DNA from: Alphaproteobacteria bacterium
GTDB lineage: Bacteria; Pseudomonadota; Alphaproteobacteria; CAISOG01
Assembly (NCBI GenBank): GCA_044345375.1
Contig: JBIJBF010000003.1
Coordinates: 18,089 to 82,088 of the forward strand
Direction of reading: 5' to 3'
Length of the DNA stretch: 64,000 nucleotides
Part shown: piece after piece, positions 40,462 to 50,403 of the stretch
How the letters are laid out: every line of letters starts with the position of its first letter
Numbering within the stretch: the first letter of the stretch is position 1
Program-made: the position numbers and the translations under genes
Notes under the pieces: model-generated
What the model was told of the DNA's origin: nothing
The model's database searches: none
The model's input: only the letters and a program-made list of their open reading frames with translations

Positions 40462-41625
40462 ATGCCTATACGCACGTCTATCATTACGACGCAAAATTTT
40501 TCAGGCTACAGCGAGGCCGCTAGTCGGGATGAAAACCCCGATGCTGGCGTGCTGGACTTGGCCAATGAGCAGGGCAGTGATGAGGTGGTGTTGATCGATC
40601 CCTATGCCGCGCTGGATTTGCCCGCCGAAATCACGTTGCGTGCCGGTTTGGTTCCGGTCTATGTGGCCAGCACCAACAACGCGCAGGCGCAGCTGTTGGC
40701 CAATGGCGCGCCCAGCAACCCGGTGGCGGTCAATTTGTACCAAAACACCGGCCGCTTTGCCGGCAGCAATTTGGTGAATGATGAGGCCTTTTACGCGCAG
40801 GAACGCCAGCGCACCATTCAGGAGTTGCGGTTGATCTACAACAATCAGTTTAGCTGGCGCCCCTTTGGCAGCAATGTGGTGTTTAGCGGTTCGGGGGCTA
40901 GCGTTAACGGTTATCCGCTGGTGTTGGGCAGCGGCAACAGTGTGTACAGCAAGCCCTTTGCGGTGCAGCCAAGCGGTGGGTTGGCGACGCTGACCCTGTA
41001 CTACAGCTACAACAGCGGCACCGCGCAATACGGCGCGCAGACCGACAGCGGTTTTGTTAGTAACCCTGCCCATAAGTTGGTTAGCCCAGTGGACAGCAGT
41101 TATAGCGGCGCGCCCAGCAGTTGGCAGGCGATTAAGCTTAGCAGCGGGGTTGAAACACTGTACAGCGCGACCCTGCTGAACCGGCAATTCTATCGCGCCT
41201 ATGGCGGCGACTATGTGGTGGGGATGACCGCCGATCAGGTGCGGCAAAAATGCTTTCGCATCAGCGCGGTGGCCTATAGCACCAGCGGCAACGCCAACAC
41301 CGAGTTTGACACGATGATGGGGGTGGTGAACGCCAGCTTGTGGGGCAGCGGATCCTGCCGCACCCGTATTGGCCAGCCAAGCGATTTGACGAAATATGAG
41401 GATGTGTTGGCGGCGGGCAGCCATCTGGCCAGCGGCGATTTTGCTAGCCCCGAACAGGTGATCAGCCTGGCCAGCGCGTTGCAGCAGGGGATGGCCAAAA
41501 TCCAGCTGAATCTTGGGTTGGACAGCAACGGCCAGCCGATTTTTGGCCAGTATCAATCGGTGGCCTGGAGCCACCCCGGGGGGGATGCGAGCCTGATTGA
41601 TGTGACTTTTGTACCAATCGGTTAG
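40462..41625 (+). CDS. Hypothetical phage structural protein, possible tail or baseplate component
   Basis: 387 aa from the ATG at 40462 (GGAGGG ribosome-binding site). Ser/Gly/Asn-rich and beta-predicted. No recognisable motif. Confidence 0.4.
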   Translation: MPIRTSIITTQNFSGYSEAASRDENPDAGVLDLANEQGSDEVVLIDPYAALDLPAEITLRAGLVPVYVASTNNAQAQLLANGAPSNPVAVNLYQNTGRFAGSNLVNDEAFYAQERQRTIQELRLIYNNQFSWRPFGSNVVFSGSGASVNGYPLVLGSGNSVYSKPFAVQPSGGLATLTLYYSYNSGTAQYGAQTDSGFVSNPAHKLVSPVDSSYSGAPSSWQAIKLSSGVETLYSATLLNRQFYRAYGGDYVVGMTADQVRQKCFRISAVAYSTSGNANTEFDTMMGVVNASLWGSGSCRTRIGQPSDLTKYEDVLAAGSHLASGDFASPEQVISLASALQQGMAKIQLNLGLDSNGQPIFGQYQSVAWSHPGGDASLIDVTFVPIG

Positions 41626-41657
41626 CGATTGATTTCATTTTTTTAAGGAGAAAGCCT

Positions 41658-43238
41658 ATGACGATTGTGTTGCGAACGGTTAAGGGCGCGCCCCTGACCA
41701 TCACGGAAATTGACGGCAATTTTAGCCAGTTGACGGACAGGCTGACGGCGCTGGAGCAGAATCCGCCGCTGGCGGAAAGCATTGGTGCGATCAGCGTGCA
41801 GGGCGATCAGCTGAGCATTCTGGGCAATCGGGGCAGCAATTTTGGCCAATTTGCCCTGCCGGTTGCGCAATTGGTGGCGCGTGGGGTTTGGGCAACCGCC
41901 ACCGCCTATGCCAAGCTGGAGATGGTCAACGCGCCCGATGGCAATGGCTATATTTGCCTAACCGCGCATACCAGCGGGGTGTTTGCCACCGATTTGGCCG
42001 CCAACCGTTGGGCTAAGCTGGTCAATGCTGGCACGGCTGGTGTAACCGGTAAGGTGTTAACCGGCGCAGGCCTAACCGGTGGCGGTGATTTGTCGGTGGA
42101 TCGAACCCTAAGCTTAGCATCGATGCCTGCCAACAGCCTAAAGGGCAACAACAGTGCCAGCACGGCGGTGCCGGTCGATTTAACCGCCGCGCAGGCCGCC
42201 GCCATGCTGCCAGCGATGCTTGGCGACAGCGGCAGTGGTGGGGCTAAGGGGTTGGTGCCAGCCCCGGCGGCTGGGGATGCGGCGGCGGGCAAATTCCTGA
42301 AAGCCAATGGCACTTGGGCGGTGCCTGCAGGCGGCGGTGGGGGCGGTAGCGTTGGTGGAAGCTCAGGGCAGCTGCAGTACAACAGCGCTGGCGTTTTTGC
42401 TGGCGCCACCAATCTTAAGGTGATCGGCAGTGGCGCGGGGTTGAATTTTGGCGGGGTGGCGCTGCAGCCTGCGGCCAGTGCGGGCAGCCTGAATCTGTAT
42501 GCCAACAACGAGCTTGGCCAGGCTTTCTTAAGCCTGCGCAGCGATACCGCCCCCGAAGCGTTTGTGCAGGAATGTTTGGGGCATCGCAGTGTGGCGATCA
42601 TTTTGCCCAGCAGCGGCGGGTTGGTGGCCTCATTTGGGGTTAACACCAGCAACGCCGGCAGCATTACCCACAGCAGCAGCGCGGCGATAGGCTATTGGAT
42701 CGCCAATGCCACAACAGCGACGGCCAATAATGATGTCTATTTTGCCACGGCGGCCAATTATTTTTACCGCAACCTTGGGTTTTACCACGCCGCGACCCTG
42801 AACTATCCCGATGCCAGCTATGGCGCTGGCGCGACTGGAACCCGCATCGGCGTTGGGTTGGTGGCCAATGCCGCCAGCAATCTGTTGGCCGGTGATACCC
42901 TATTGACCGCTGGCTGTGGTTTTCAGTATTCGACCAACCGTGGGGATAGCAATTGGCAGCTGGTTAGCTTTGACGGCACCACCCAAACCACGGTGAACAC
43001 CGGCATGGTTTTTGCCCCCGCCAAGCTTTATCAGTTTGAGCTGTTTGCCGCGCCCAATGGCGGCAGCCTGAATTGGCGGATCAAAAACCTGACCGACAAC
43101 AGCATGCAGAGCGGGGTGGTCACCACCAACCTGCCGCCAGCCAGCACCGGACTGATGATGATGGCGGGTGTGCGCAACCTAGGCGCCAGTATCCGCAACA
43201 TGCAAATGAAACGCATGTATGGAACTAGCTCTATTTGA
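41658..43238 (+). CDS. Phage tail fibre protein
   Basis: Motifs LTGGGDLSVDRTLSL, KGNNSASTAVPVDLT and GLVPAPAAGDAAAGKFLKANGTWAVP, a poly-Gly hinge (AGGGGGGSVGGSSG), and QLQYNSAGVFAGATNL are all typical tail-fibre repeats. Confidence 0.75.
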   Translation: MTIVLRTVKGAPLTITEIDGNFSQLTDRLTALEQNPPLAESIGAISVQGDQLSILGNRGSNFGQFALPVAQLVARGVWATATAYAKLEMVNAPDGNGYICLTAHTSGVFATDLAANRWAKLVNAGTAGVTGKVLTGAGLTGGGDLSVDRTLSLASMPANSLKGNNSASTAVPVDLTAAQAAAMLPAMLGDSGSGGAKGLVPAPAAGDAAAGKFLKANGTWAVPAGGGGGGSVGGSSGQLQYNSAGVFAGATNLKVIGSGAGLNFGGVALQPAASAGSLNLYANNELGQAFLSLRSDTAPEAFVQECLGHRSVAIILPSSGGLVASFGVNTSNAGSITHSSSAAIGYWIANATTATANNDVYFATAANYFYRNLGFYHAATLNYPDASYGAGATGTRIGVGLVANAASNLLAGDTLLTAGCGFQYSTNRGDSNWQLVSFDGTTQTTVNTGMVFAPAKLYQFELFAAPNGGSLNWRIKNLTDNSMQSGVVTTNLPPASTGLMMMAGVRNLGASIRNMQMKRMYGTSSI

Positions 43239-43282
43239 TGGGGAAAATTGTTTTTAATATTAACATTTAATTAGTAAATCTC

Positions 43283-43546
43283 ATGGATAAAATAACCATC
43301 AATAATGCACTAAATCGTCTTCTTGAGCAGGCCGCAAAACGCGGCGCGCAACAAGCCCTGGCTGAGCTGGGGTTGCATGACCGCAATGCTGGAGAAGATA
43401 TGCGTGATTTGCGGGGGTTGTTGGATGCTTGGCGCACCGCAAAGCGTACCATCGGACAAACCCTGCTGAGAACGTTAACGGTTATGTTGCTGATCGGCAT
43501 GCTGACGGGCGTTTTGATCAAGTTAAAGATGGTTGCTTCGAACTAA
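43283..43546 (+). CDS. Putative holin or small membrane protein of the lysis cassette
   Basis: 87 aa. Charged N-terminus, a single C-terminal transmembrane helix (LLRTLTVMLLIGMLTGVLI) and a basic tail. Immediately upstream of the endolysin and overlapping it. AT-rich start context. Confidence 0.45.
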   Translation: MDKITINNALNRLLEQAAKRGAQQALAELGLHDRNAGEDMRDLRGLLDAWRTAKRTIGQTLLRTLTVMLLIGMLTGVLIKLKMVASN

Positions 43547-43580
43547 TTCATTTGGGAGCAGGAATTTCGGGAGGATGGAG

Positions 43581-44069
43581 ATGACGGATGGATTCGACTG
43601 GGCCATTGAAGTTGTTTTGCGGCACGAGGGTGGGTATGTGGACGATCCAGATGATCATGGCGGTGCCACCAATTTTGGCATTTCGCAACGCCAATACCCC
43701 GATTTGGATATCAAAAAACTGACGCGTGAGGATGCGATTGCTATCTATCGCCGCGATTGGTGGCAGGCCTATGGCTATGGTCAGATTACAGACATGATGG
43801 TGGCCACCAAAGTGTTGGATTTATCGGTGAATATGGGGCCAGGCACCGCCCATCGCTTGACGCAGCGGGCACTGCGCGCGGTGGGGTTGATGGTTTCTGA
43901 GGATGGGGTGTTGGGGCCGGTGACGCTGGGAGCGTTGAATCAGGTGATGCCGTCAAACCTGTTAAGCGCGCTGCGGGCTGAGGCGGCGGGGTATTACCGC
44001 TGTTTGGCGCTTAAGCAAAAATCTTTTGAAAAATTTCTAACAGGCTGGTTAAATCGTGCCTATGCGTGA
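43581..44069 (+). CDS. GH108-family endolysin (N-acetylmuramidase) with a C-terminal PG_binding_3 domain
   Basis: FDWAIEVVLRHEGGYVDDPDDHGGATNFGIS is the GH108 catalytic signature. The C-terminal part (LGALNQV...AEAAGYYRCLA) resembles the peptidoglycan-binding module. GGGAGG ribosome-binding site before the ATG at 43581. Confidence 0.8.
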   Translation: MTDGFDWAIEVVLRHEGGYVDDPDDHGGATNFGISQRQYPDLDIKKLTREDAIAIYRRDWWQAYGYGQITDMMVATKVLDLSVNMGPGTAHRLTQRALRAVGLMVSEDGVLGPVTLGALNQVMPSNLLSALRAEAAGYYRCLALKQKSFEKFLTGWLNRAYA

Positions 44070-44109
44070 ATTCATGTTCCTTTCATGAAAGTTTTGTTAG
44101 AATAGCCGA

Positions 44110-45864
44110 ATGGTTGATCAATCTGACAATATAGATCCAACGGCTGCACCCCCTGAGGAGGCGGCCGCGCCTATCGATGCGGGCGCGGTTGGCTTTAATC
44201 CACGCCGCCGTTCGGCGCTGAGGTTTCAGGCACCGCTTGTAACGGTTAAAGAGGAGGGGGTGGAGACAAGGGAATCCCCATCCGCACAGGACGCGTCGCC
44301 GGCTAAAGATCCGCAGCAGGCGGCCGCTTCCGTTGCTGGTGATTCGGTGGAAAAAACGGCCGTGGAATCGGTAACGGTTGTTGAAGATCCTGTTAATCCT
44401 GATTTGACCCGTCCGGCCGATTTTCCTAAGGCGACCTCGCCCAAAGAAATGGTGCCTGAGCCCAAAAGGGGCGGGGATGCCCCCCTGGCTCCACCGCCGT
44501 CCAGTGTTGTGACCAGGCCATTTGCCGGCAAATCTTTTGTTGGCCCGACGGAAGGGTCAGTGGCGGGTGATCAAAAGGCCGATAGGGCAAGTTCAACCAG
44601 CGTGCAAGAGCCAGTGGTTGAGGCAAGCAAGGGTGGCGGGGCTGCCCCAACCGTTGCTGAAACCGCCGAATCGGTGCCCGATTTTCAAGACTGGCTGCGA
44701 CAGCGGCAGGAGGCGTTGCGAAAAGCGCGCGAACGTGCCCTGAGACGTGAAGAGGCTTTGGGGGATGCGGCCAAAACGGTTCAAGACTCTGCATCCGATT
44801 CCCCCAAAGAGGTTGCGGAGCGGCAGGAACCTGTTTTGCAGACGATCGGGAGTCAATCCACCGCCAATGCTGCCGAAAATCAGGGCAATGAAAGCAAAAC
44901 GGCGGCGGCACCGATCGGCTTTAACCCCAATCGGGGCAAGCGTTCAACCGCGTTTAACATTCCCCCGCCTGCAGATGCGGTGGTATCCACCACGCCTAAG
45001 GCTAAGGCCGAATCAACCGCGGCTGAGGAGCCGTTGGCGGCCAGCCGTGCGGCGCCACAAGATGACGGGCCAAATCAGGCTTTTGATCTCAACGAAGCCG
45101 CCCTAGGCACGCATGGCACGGTGGAAAAGGTTCTCAGCTCAACCGAACTGATCGAAACGCCCGCGCTGAAAGCGTTGAAAAATTTTATGGATGGCAAAGC
45201 GCCGGATAAGGAAAACGCGGCTGCGGTTGCGGTCAAATCCAAGAAAAGTTTTTTTAGCATCAAAAAAATCCGGCAAAGGCTTTATGACTTTGTTTTTTGG
45301 GCTGTAAGTTTTCTGGTGCTGGCTGGTGGATGGACGTTGTTTGTCTATGGAATCATGGTGTTGTTTATTGCGATCAACCCCATTCCTTTTGTGGATGCTG
45401 GTGGCAATGTGTTGTGGAGTTTTGATGCGCGCTACACAAGCCACTGGATCGGGCTGCGGCAGTATTTTAACGCTGGTGCGGTGATTCCATGGTCGTTGGT
45501 GTGGGCGGTGGTGTTGGCTTTTTGTGTGTGGTTGTTGCCTGGAATTGCGCTTTTAAAGCAAGGGATTCAGCCGACCAGCTCGGTTTTCAAGCGTCAGCTT
45601 GATCGGCGTTGGTATCAGATAAAGCGCTTGTGGAGAAAGCCCGATGAGGCCGAAAAGGTGTTGTTAAAAACATCGATGGCCGATATTGAGGGGATGTTGA
45701 CGCAAGCCCGTAAGGAGGCTGAGGCGGATCTGAAAAAACGTAAGGTGGCCGCGGCGGGCGGCACCCCAGGTGGCAGTCAGGCCAATTCTATGGCGCCGGC
45801 GGGCCCAAGCCCCGCCGCGATGGCCAGTGCCGCGGCCAGCAGAGGGTCTGGCGGCAATGGATAG
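44110..45864 (+). CDS. Membrane protein of unknown function with a long disordered N-terminal region
   Basis: 584 aa. About 400 aa of P/A/E/S/T-rich low complexity that includes two GFNP.R..S.AF motifs and a coiled-coil, then about four transmembrane helices (FVFWAVSFLVLAGGWTLFVYGIMVLFIAI...WSLVWAVVLAFCVWLLPGIALL) and a basic, Gly-rich tail. Confidence 0.35.
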   Translation: MVDQSDNIDPTAAPPEEAAAPIDAGAVGFNPRRRSALRFQAPLVTVKEEGVETRESPSAQDASPAKDPQQAAASVAGDSVEKTAVESVTVVEDPVNPDLTRPADFPKATSPKEMVPEPKRGGDAPLAPPPSSVVTRPFAGKSFVGPTEGSVAGDQKADRASSTSVQEPVVEASKGGGAAPTVAETAESVPDFQDWLRQRQEALRKARERALRREEALGDAAKTVQDSASDSPKEVAERQEPVLQTIGSQSTANAAENQGNESKTAAAPIGFNPNRGKRSTAFNIPPPADAVVSTTPKAKAESTAAEEPLAASRAAPQDDGPNQAFDLNEAALGTHGTVEKVLSSTELIETPALKALKNFMDGKAPDKENAAAVAVKSKKSFFSIKKIRQRLYDFVFWAVSFLVLAGGWTLFVYGIMVLFIAINPIPFVDAGGNVLWSFDARYTSHWIGLRQYFNAGAVIPWSLVWAVVLAFCVWLLPGIALLKQGIQPTSSVFKRQLDRRWYQIKRLWRKPDEAEKVLLKTSMADIEGMLTQARKEAEADLKKRKVAAAGGTPGGSQANSMAPAGPSPAAMASAAASRGSGGNG

Positions 45865-45878
45865 GGGGGACGCCTAAA

Positions 45879-46430
45879 ATGCAGGGGGTGTTTGCGCATG
45901 GCCAGACGTTGGCGGCCTTTTTGGCGGGATCTTTGGCGGGCGTGCAGGTGCTGGCCCTGGTGATCTTGGTCGGTTGTTTGCTGGCGCATTTGGTGTGGGA
46001 CTACCGCGAATTGATTTTGCCCGATGTGCTGAATCTTTTGATTTTGGCTACCGGCCTGGCTGTTGCCGCTTTTGCGCCGCTGCCTGATTGCAGCTGGAGC
46101 CAATCATGGCAGGGGTTTTTGATCGCCCTGGCCAGCGCATGGGGGTTTTACGAGTTGGTTTGGTGGGTGCGGGGGGAGGAAGGTTTTGGGTTTGGCGACG
46201 TCAAGTTGTTTGCCGCTGCAGGCAGTTGGTTGGGGCCAGCCAAGCTGATTGGGATGGTGCTGATTGGATCGCTGGCATCGCTGTTCATCATCGGGTTGCT
46301 GGGGCTGTGTTTGCGCCGTTGGCATATACGGGTGGAATTGCCCTTTGGCCCTGGGCTTATCCTAGGCTTTTTGATGATGCTTGCCTTTCCAGAGTTGATT
46401 GACCACAGCTTGCAGTGGTTGCTGTTTTAG
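45879..46430 (+). CDS. cpaA: A24-family prepilin peptidase (CpaA/TadV-like)
   Basis: 183 aa, polytopic, with the GFGDVKLFAAAGSWLG aspartyl-protease motif. Confidence 0.65.
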   Translation: MQGVFAHGQTLAAFLAGSLAGVQVLALVILVGCLLAHLVWDYRELILPDVLNLLILATGLAVAAFAPLPDCSWSQSWQGFLIALASAWGFYELVWWVRGEEGFGFGDVKLFAAAGSWLGPAKLIGMVLIGSLASLFIIGLLGLCLRRWHIRVELPFGPGLILGFLMMLAFPELIDHSLQWLLF

Positions 46431-46523
46431 GTAGCCGCAACGCCTATGTGCCGCGGTTTTTATCAAAAAGGTTGCTTCAATCATCGGTCAGGATCATAAT
46501 AAAAGATTATAGGATAAAAGCAG

Positions 46524-47606
46524 ATGAAATTTTTGGATCAGGCGAAGGTTTATATTGCGAGTGGGGCAGGGGGGGCAGGCTGCCTGAGCTTTCGCCGGGA
46601 AAAATGCGTGGAGTTTGGCGGCCCTGATGGGGGCGATGGTGGACGTGGCGGCGATGTGATTGCGCGCGCGGTTAGCAACAGCAACACCCTGATCGATTAC
46701 CGCTATCAGCAGCACTACAAAGCCAAAACCGGTGGGCATGGGATGGGAAAAGATCGGCATGGTGCCAAGGGCGCTAGCGTGATCATGAATGTGCCGATTG
46801 GGACGCAAATTTATGAGGAGGATCAGGAAACCCTGCTGGCCGATTTGACCGTTGAGGGGCAAGAGGTGGTGTTGGCCAAAGGCGGCAAGGGTGGCATGGG
46901 CAACGCGCATTTCAAATCCTCAACCAACCAGGCGCCGCGTCATACCACGCCAGGCAAGCCCTGCGAGGAAAAAACCATTTTTCTGCGGCTGAAACTGATT
47001 GCCGATGTCGGCTTGGTAGGGCTGCCCAACGCTGGCAAATCCAGTTTGTTGCGGGCGGTAAGCCAGGCCAAGCCGAAAGTTGCCGACTACCCCTTTACCA
47101 CGTTGAACCCGCATTTGGGGGTGGTGACGGTGCATGACGATCTTTTTGTGATGGCGGATGTGCCAGGATTGATTGAGGGCGCGCATGAGGGGGTGGGGCT
47201 CGGCGTGCGGTTTTTGGGGCATGTGGAGCGTTGCCGCGTGCTGATTCATCTGGTAGACGCGTTGCAAACATCGGTGGTCAAATCCTATCGCACCGTGCGC
47301 AAGGAGATTGCGGCCTATAGCGAAGAACTGGCGGAAAAGCCGGAACTGGTGGTGTTAAGCCGGGTGGACATGTTGAGTGATGCTGAGCTTAAGAAGCAGC
47401 AAGAAAAGTTAAAGCGGGCGCTCAAAAAACCCGTGTATCTGATGTCCAGCATGACCGGCCGGGGGGTTGATCCCCTGATGCAGGGGGTGCTTGAGGCGGT
47501 AAAAGCGGCCAATCGTTTGTCAGATGACGAGGATCGGGAGGCGGCTGACGGCGCTGATACGGGGTGGAGCCCTGTTCCGTGCCCTGTGGTTGCCGCGCGC
47601 AGATAA
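46524..47606 (+). CDS. obg: GTPase Obg/CgtA
   Basis: N-terminal [26 protein letters not shown] Obg fold with Gly-rich repeats, plus G-domain motifs GLPNAGKSS and DVPGLIEGA. Confidence 0.9.
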   Translation: MKFLDQAKVYIASGAGGAGCLSFRREKCVEFGGPDGGDGGRGGDVIARAVSNSNTLIDYRYQQHYKAKTGGHGMGKDRHGAKGASVIMNVPIGTQIYEEDQETLLADLTVEGQEVVLAKGGKGGMGNAHFKSSTNQAPRHTTPGKPCEEKTIFLRLKLIADVGLVGLPNAGKSSLLRAVSQAKPKVADYPFTTLNPHLGVVTVHDDLFVMADVPGLIEGAHEGVGLGVRFLGHVERCRVLIHLVDALQTSVVKSYRTVRKEIAAYSEELAEKPELVVLSRVDMLSDAELKKQQEKLKRALKKPVYLMSSMTGRGVDPLMQGVLEAVKAANRLSDDEDREAADGADTGWSPVPCPVVAARR

Positions 47607-47631
47607 ACCGATGTTTCGGCTTGTCCGAAAG

Positions 47632-47730
47632 GACCACCCCGTCAGGCTTCGCCTGCCACCCCTCCGCAAGAGGAGGGGAATTAAGAGGGCCGTGCAGGGG
47701 TGCCCGAAGCGGGACCACCCCTGCAGTTAA
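47632..47730 (+). repeat. REP-like element, copy 6, plus an adjacent partial variant
   Basis: gaccaccccgtcaggcttcgcctgccacccctccgcaagaggaggggaattaag, followed by gggaccacccctgcag. Lies between the convergent obg and glnA. Confidence 0.8.
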
Positions 47731-47734
47731 GCAA

Positions 47735-49159
47735 TTAGGCCGTGAAGTACTGCTCAAACTCCACCGGATGGGTGGTGTGTTCAAGCCGATAAACCTCCTG
47801 CATTTTCAGCTCAATAAAGGCATCGATCACGTCATCGCTAAACACATCGCCAACGGTTAGGAAGGCGCGGTCCTTGTCCAATTCGGCCAGGGCTTCGCGC
47901 AGGCTGCCGCACACGGTTGGTACCTTTTTCAGCTCATCCGCTGGCAATTCATACAGGTTTTTGTCCATTGGATCGCCCGGATGGATTTTGTTTTTGATGC
48001 CATCCAAGCCAGCCATCAGCTGGGCCGAAAAGGCCAGATAGGCGTTGGCGGTTGGATCGGGGAACCGCACCTCAACCCGCTTGCCACTGGCCGAATTGCT
48101 GAACGGAATGCGGCAGCTGGCGGAACGGTTGCGGCTGCTGTAGGCCAACAACACGGGTGCCTCAAAGCCTGGAATCAGGCGTTTGTAGCTGTTGGTGGTG
48201 GGGTTGGTAAAGGCGTTGAGGGCTTTGGCGTGCTTGATAATGCCGCCGATGTAGTGCAGGGCGGTTTCCGACAGGCCGGCGTATTGATCGCCCGCAAACA
48301 GAGGCTTGCCGTCTTTCCAAATCGATTGGTGGCAGTGCATGCCACTGCCGTTATCGCCCACGACGGGTTTGGGCATAAAGGTGGCGGACAGGCCGTATTG
48401 GTGCGCCACCATGTGCACCACGTATTTGTATTTTTGCATCGCATCGGCCATGTTCAACAAGGTGCCAAATTTAACGCCCAGTTCGTGTTGGGCAATGGCG
48501 ACCTCATGGTGGTGCTTTTCAACCTCAACATCCATATTGGCCAAGGTTTCCAGCATTTCTGCCCGCAGCTCGCTGCCCTGATCCATCGGCGCGACGGGGA
48601 AATAGCCGCCCTTGTTCGGGATGCGAAAACCGCTGACGCCCTCAGGGAACAATTTGTCGCCCTCAAATTCTACATCATACAAGCCCTCGTCACTGCGAAC
48701 GCTGTAAAAGCTGGTGGTTGGGCTGTTTTTGTAACGCACATCACGGAAGACGAAAAATTCAGCCTCAGGGCCAAAATACACCGTGTCGCCAAAGCCGGCT
48801 GTTTTCACATACGCCTCAGCGCGGCGGGCGATGCTGCGCGGATCGCGGCTGTAGGGCTTGCCGGTGGAAGGCTCCAACACGTCACAAAACAGAATCAAAT
48901 TGGTGCGATCTTCGCTGAAGGTATCCAACACGGCGCTGGTCAAATCGGGCATCAACAGCATATCGGATTCGTTGATCGCCTTCCAGCCCGCGATGGATGA
49001 GCCGTCAAACATAATCCCCTCCCGCAGCAGTTTCTCATCAACGGTGTTGACCGATTGCGCGGTGTGTTGCCATTTGCCACGTAAGTCCGTAAAACGGAAG
49101 TCGACGAAACGAACCCCATGTTCCTCAATTAATCTGAGAACTTTTTTCGCGTCGGACAT
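47735..49159 (-). CDS. glnA: Glutamine synthetase type I
   Basis: [32 protein letters not shown] start with an AGGAG ribosome-binding site. Also GS catalytic motifs and a candidate adenylylation-site Tyr region. No glnB upstream. Confidence 0.9.
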   Translation of the reverse strand: MSDAKKVLRLIEEHGVRFVDFRFTDLRGKWQHTAQSVNTVDEKLLREGIMFDGSSIAGWKAINESDMLLMPDLTSAVLDTFSEDRTNLILFCDVLEPSTGKPYSRDPRSIARRAEAYVKTAGFGDTVYFGPEAEFFVFRDVRYKNSPTTSFYSVRSDEGLYDVEFEGDKLFPEGVSGFRIPNKGGYFPVAPMDQGSELRAEMLETLANMDVEVEKHHHEVAIAQHELGVKFGTLLNMADAMQKYKYVVHMVAHQYGLSATFMPKPVVGDNGSGMHCHQSIWKDGKPLFAGDQYAGLSETALHYIGGIIKHAKALNAFTNPTTNSYKRLIPGFEAPVLLAYSSRNRSASCRIPFSNSASGKRVEVRFPDPTANAYLAFSAQLMAGLDGIKNKIHPGDPMDKNLYELPADELKKVPTVCGSLREALAELDKDRAFLTVGDVFSDDVIDAFIELKMQEVYRLEHTTHPVEFEQYFTA

Positions 49160-49329
49160 GGTGGGGCTCCTGTTGGATGGGGGGGTTTGTGCATTTGCAC
49201 AAACTGTAACAAAGTTTATGCCATGGGTCGGGAGACATCGCAAGAGTATTTTTGTTACGTTTTTAAATAAAAATATGTTTAAAAATTACAAGATATTTTA
49301 TATAATTCTAAATCTCTTCAGAAAATTTG

Positions 49330-50388
49330 ATGGAAAATTTTAAAAAACTTTTGTTGTCGTGGGGCTATAGGGCGGGGTTGCCCTTTTTAAGATGCCTGCC
49401 AGCTGAGCAGGCGCATGATGCCACCGTGCAGTTGATGCGGTTGGTTCCTTGGGGGTTTTTGCCTGTTCAGAATGCCGAATCCGTATCTGTTCATCCATCG
49501 GCAATCGATTGTTTGGGGCTGCGTTTTCCTAACCGCGTGGGGTTGGCCGCAGGGTTTAGCAAAAATGCTGAGGGGCTAACCGGCCTGTTTGCCCTGGGTT
49601 TTGGCTTTGTGGAGATTGGTTCGGTTACGCCCAAACCACAGCCTGGCAATCCGCGCCCCCGGGTGTTTCGCTTGGCGCAAGATCACGCGATCATTAACCG
49701 CTACGGCTTTAACAGCCAGGGGCATGAGGCGGTGTACCAGCGGCTGAGCCGTTGGCGTACGGACGCTGCCAAACATGGGTTTAGCGGCATTGTTGGGGTC
49801 AATCTTGGCAAGAATAAAGACAGCGAGGGGGCGCAGGCGATTCAGGACTACCGCGATGGGGTTCAGCGTTTTGCCGATGTGGCCGATTATTTGGTGATCA
49901 ACATCTCATCGCCCAACACGCCTGGGTTGCGGTCTTGGCAGGCCGCTGAGGCGTTGAAGCCGTTGTTGGAGGGGGTGGGGGAGGCTAGGGCGAAAAGTCT
50001 TGTTACTAGGTCGCTGCTGTTAAAGCTGGCGCCTGATCTTGGGCAGGATGAGTTGGAGGCGATTGTTGGGTTGGTGCAAGAATGTGGGCTGGATGGCCTG
50101 ATCGCTACCAACACCACCATCAGTCGGCCGGCTAGCCTTAGGGGGGGTGCGCGGGCGCAAGCGGGCGGCCTGAGCGGCGAGCCGTTGTTTGAAACTTCAA
50201 CAGCCGTGCTAAAAACCCTGAGACAATTGGCGGGCGATTCCCTGCCGATTATTGGGGTGGGCGGTATCACCAGCGTGGCCACGGCTGAGGCCAAAATTGC
50301 GGCGGGTGCCAATTTGGTTCAGCTGTATACGGGGCTTATGTACAGCGCAAAACTTCTGCCCGATCTTTTGGGCAGCACAAAGCCCTAG
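49330..50388 (+). CDS. pyrD: Dihydroorotate dehydrogenase (quinone), class 2
   Basis: AAGFSKNAEG, GFGFVEIGSVTP, NISSPNTPGLR and GVGGI motifs. Confidence 0.85.
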   Translation: MENFKKLLLSWGYRAGLPFLRCLPAEQAHDATVQLMRLVPWGFLPVQNAESVSVHPSAIDCLGLRFPNRVGLAAGFSKNAEGLTGLFALGFGFVEIGSVTPKPQPGNPRPRVFRLAQDHAIINRYGFNSQGHEAVYQRLSRWRTDAAKHGFSGIVGVNLGKNKDSEGAQAIQDYRDGVQRFADVADYLVINISSPNTPGLRSWQAAEALKPLLEGVGEARAKSLVTRSLLLKLAPDLGQDELEAIVGLVQECGLDGLIATNTTISRPASLRGGARAQAGGLSGEPLFETSTAVLKTLRQLAGDSLPIIGVGGITSVATAEAKIAAGANLVQLYTGLMYSAKLLPDLLGSTKP

Positions 50389-50403
50389 CCATCGGCTGAT
50401 AGA

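Noticed and set aside
40501-41574. 357-aa minus-strand ORF antisense to the structural gene at 40462-41625
   Set aside because: High-GC shadow ORF. Its composition (A/G/R/Q-rich) and the absence of a ribosome-binding site argue against it. The plus-strand frame fits the operon polarity and its spacing.
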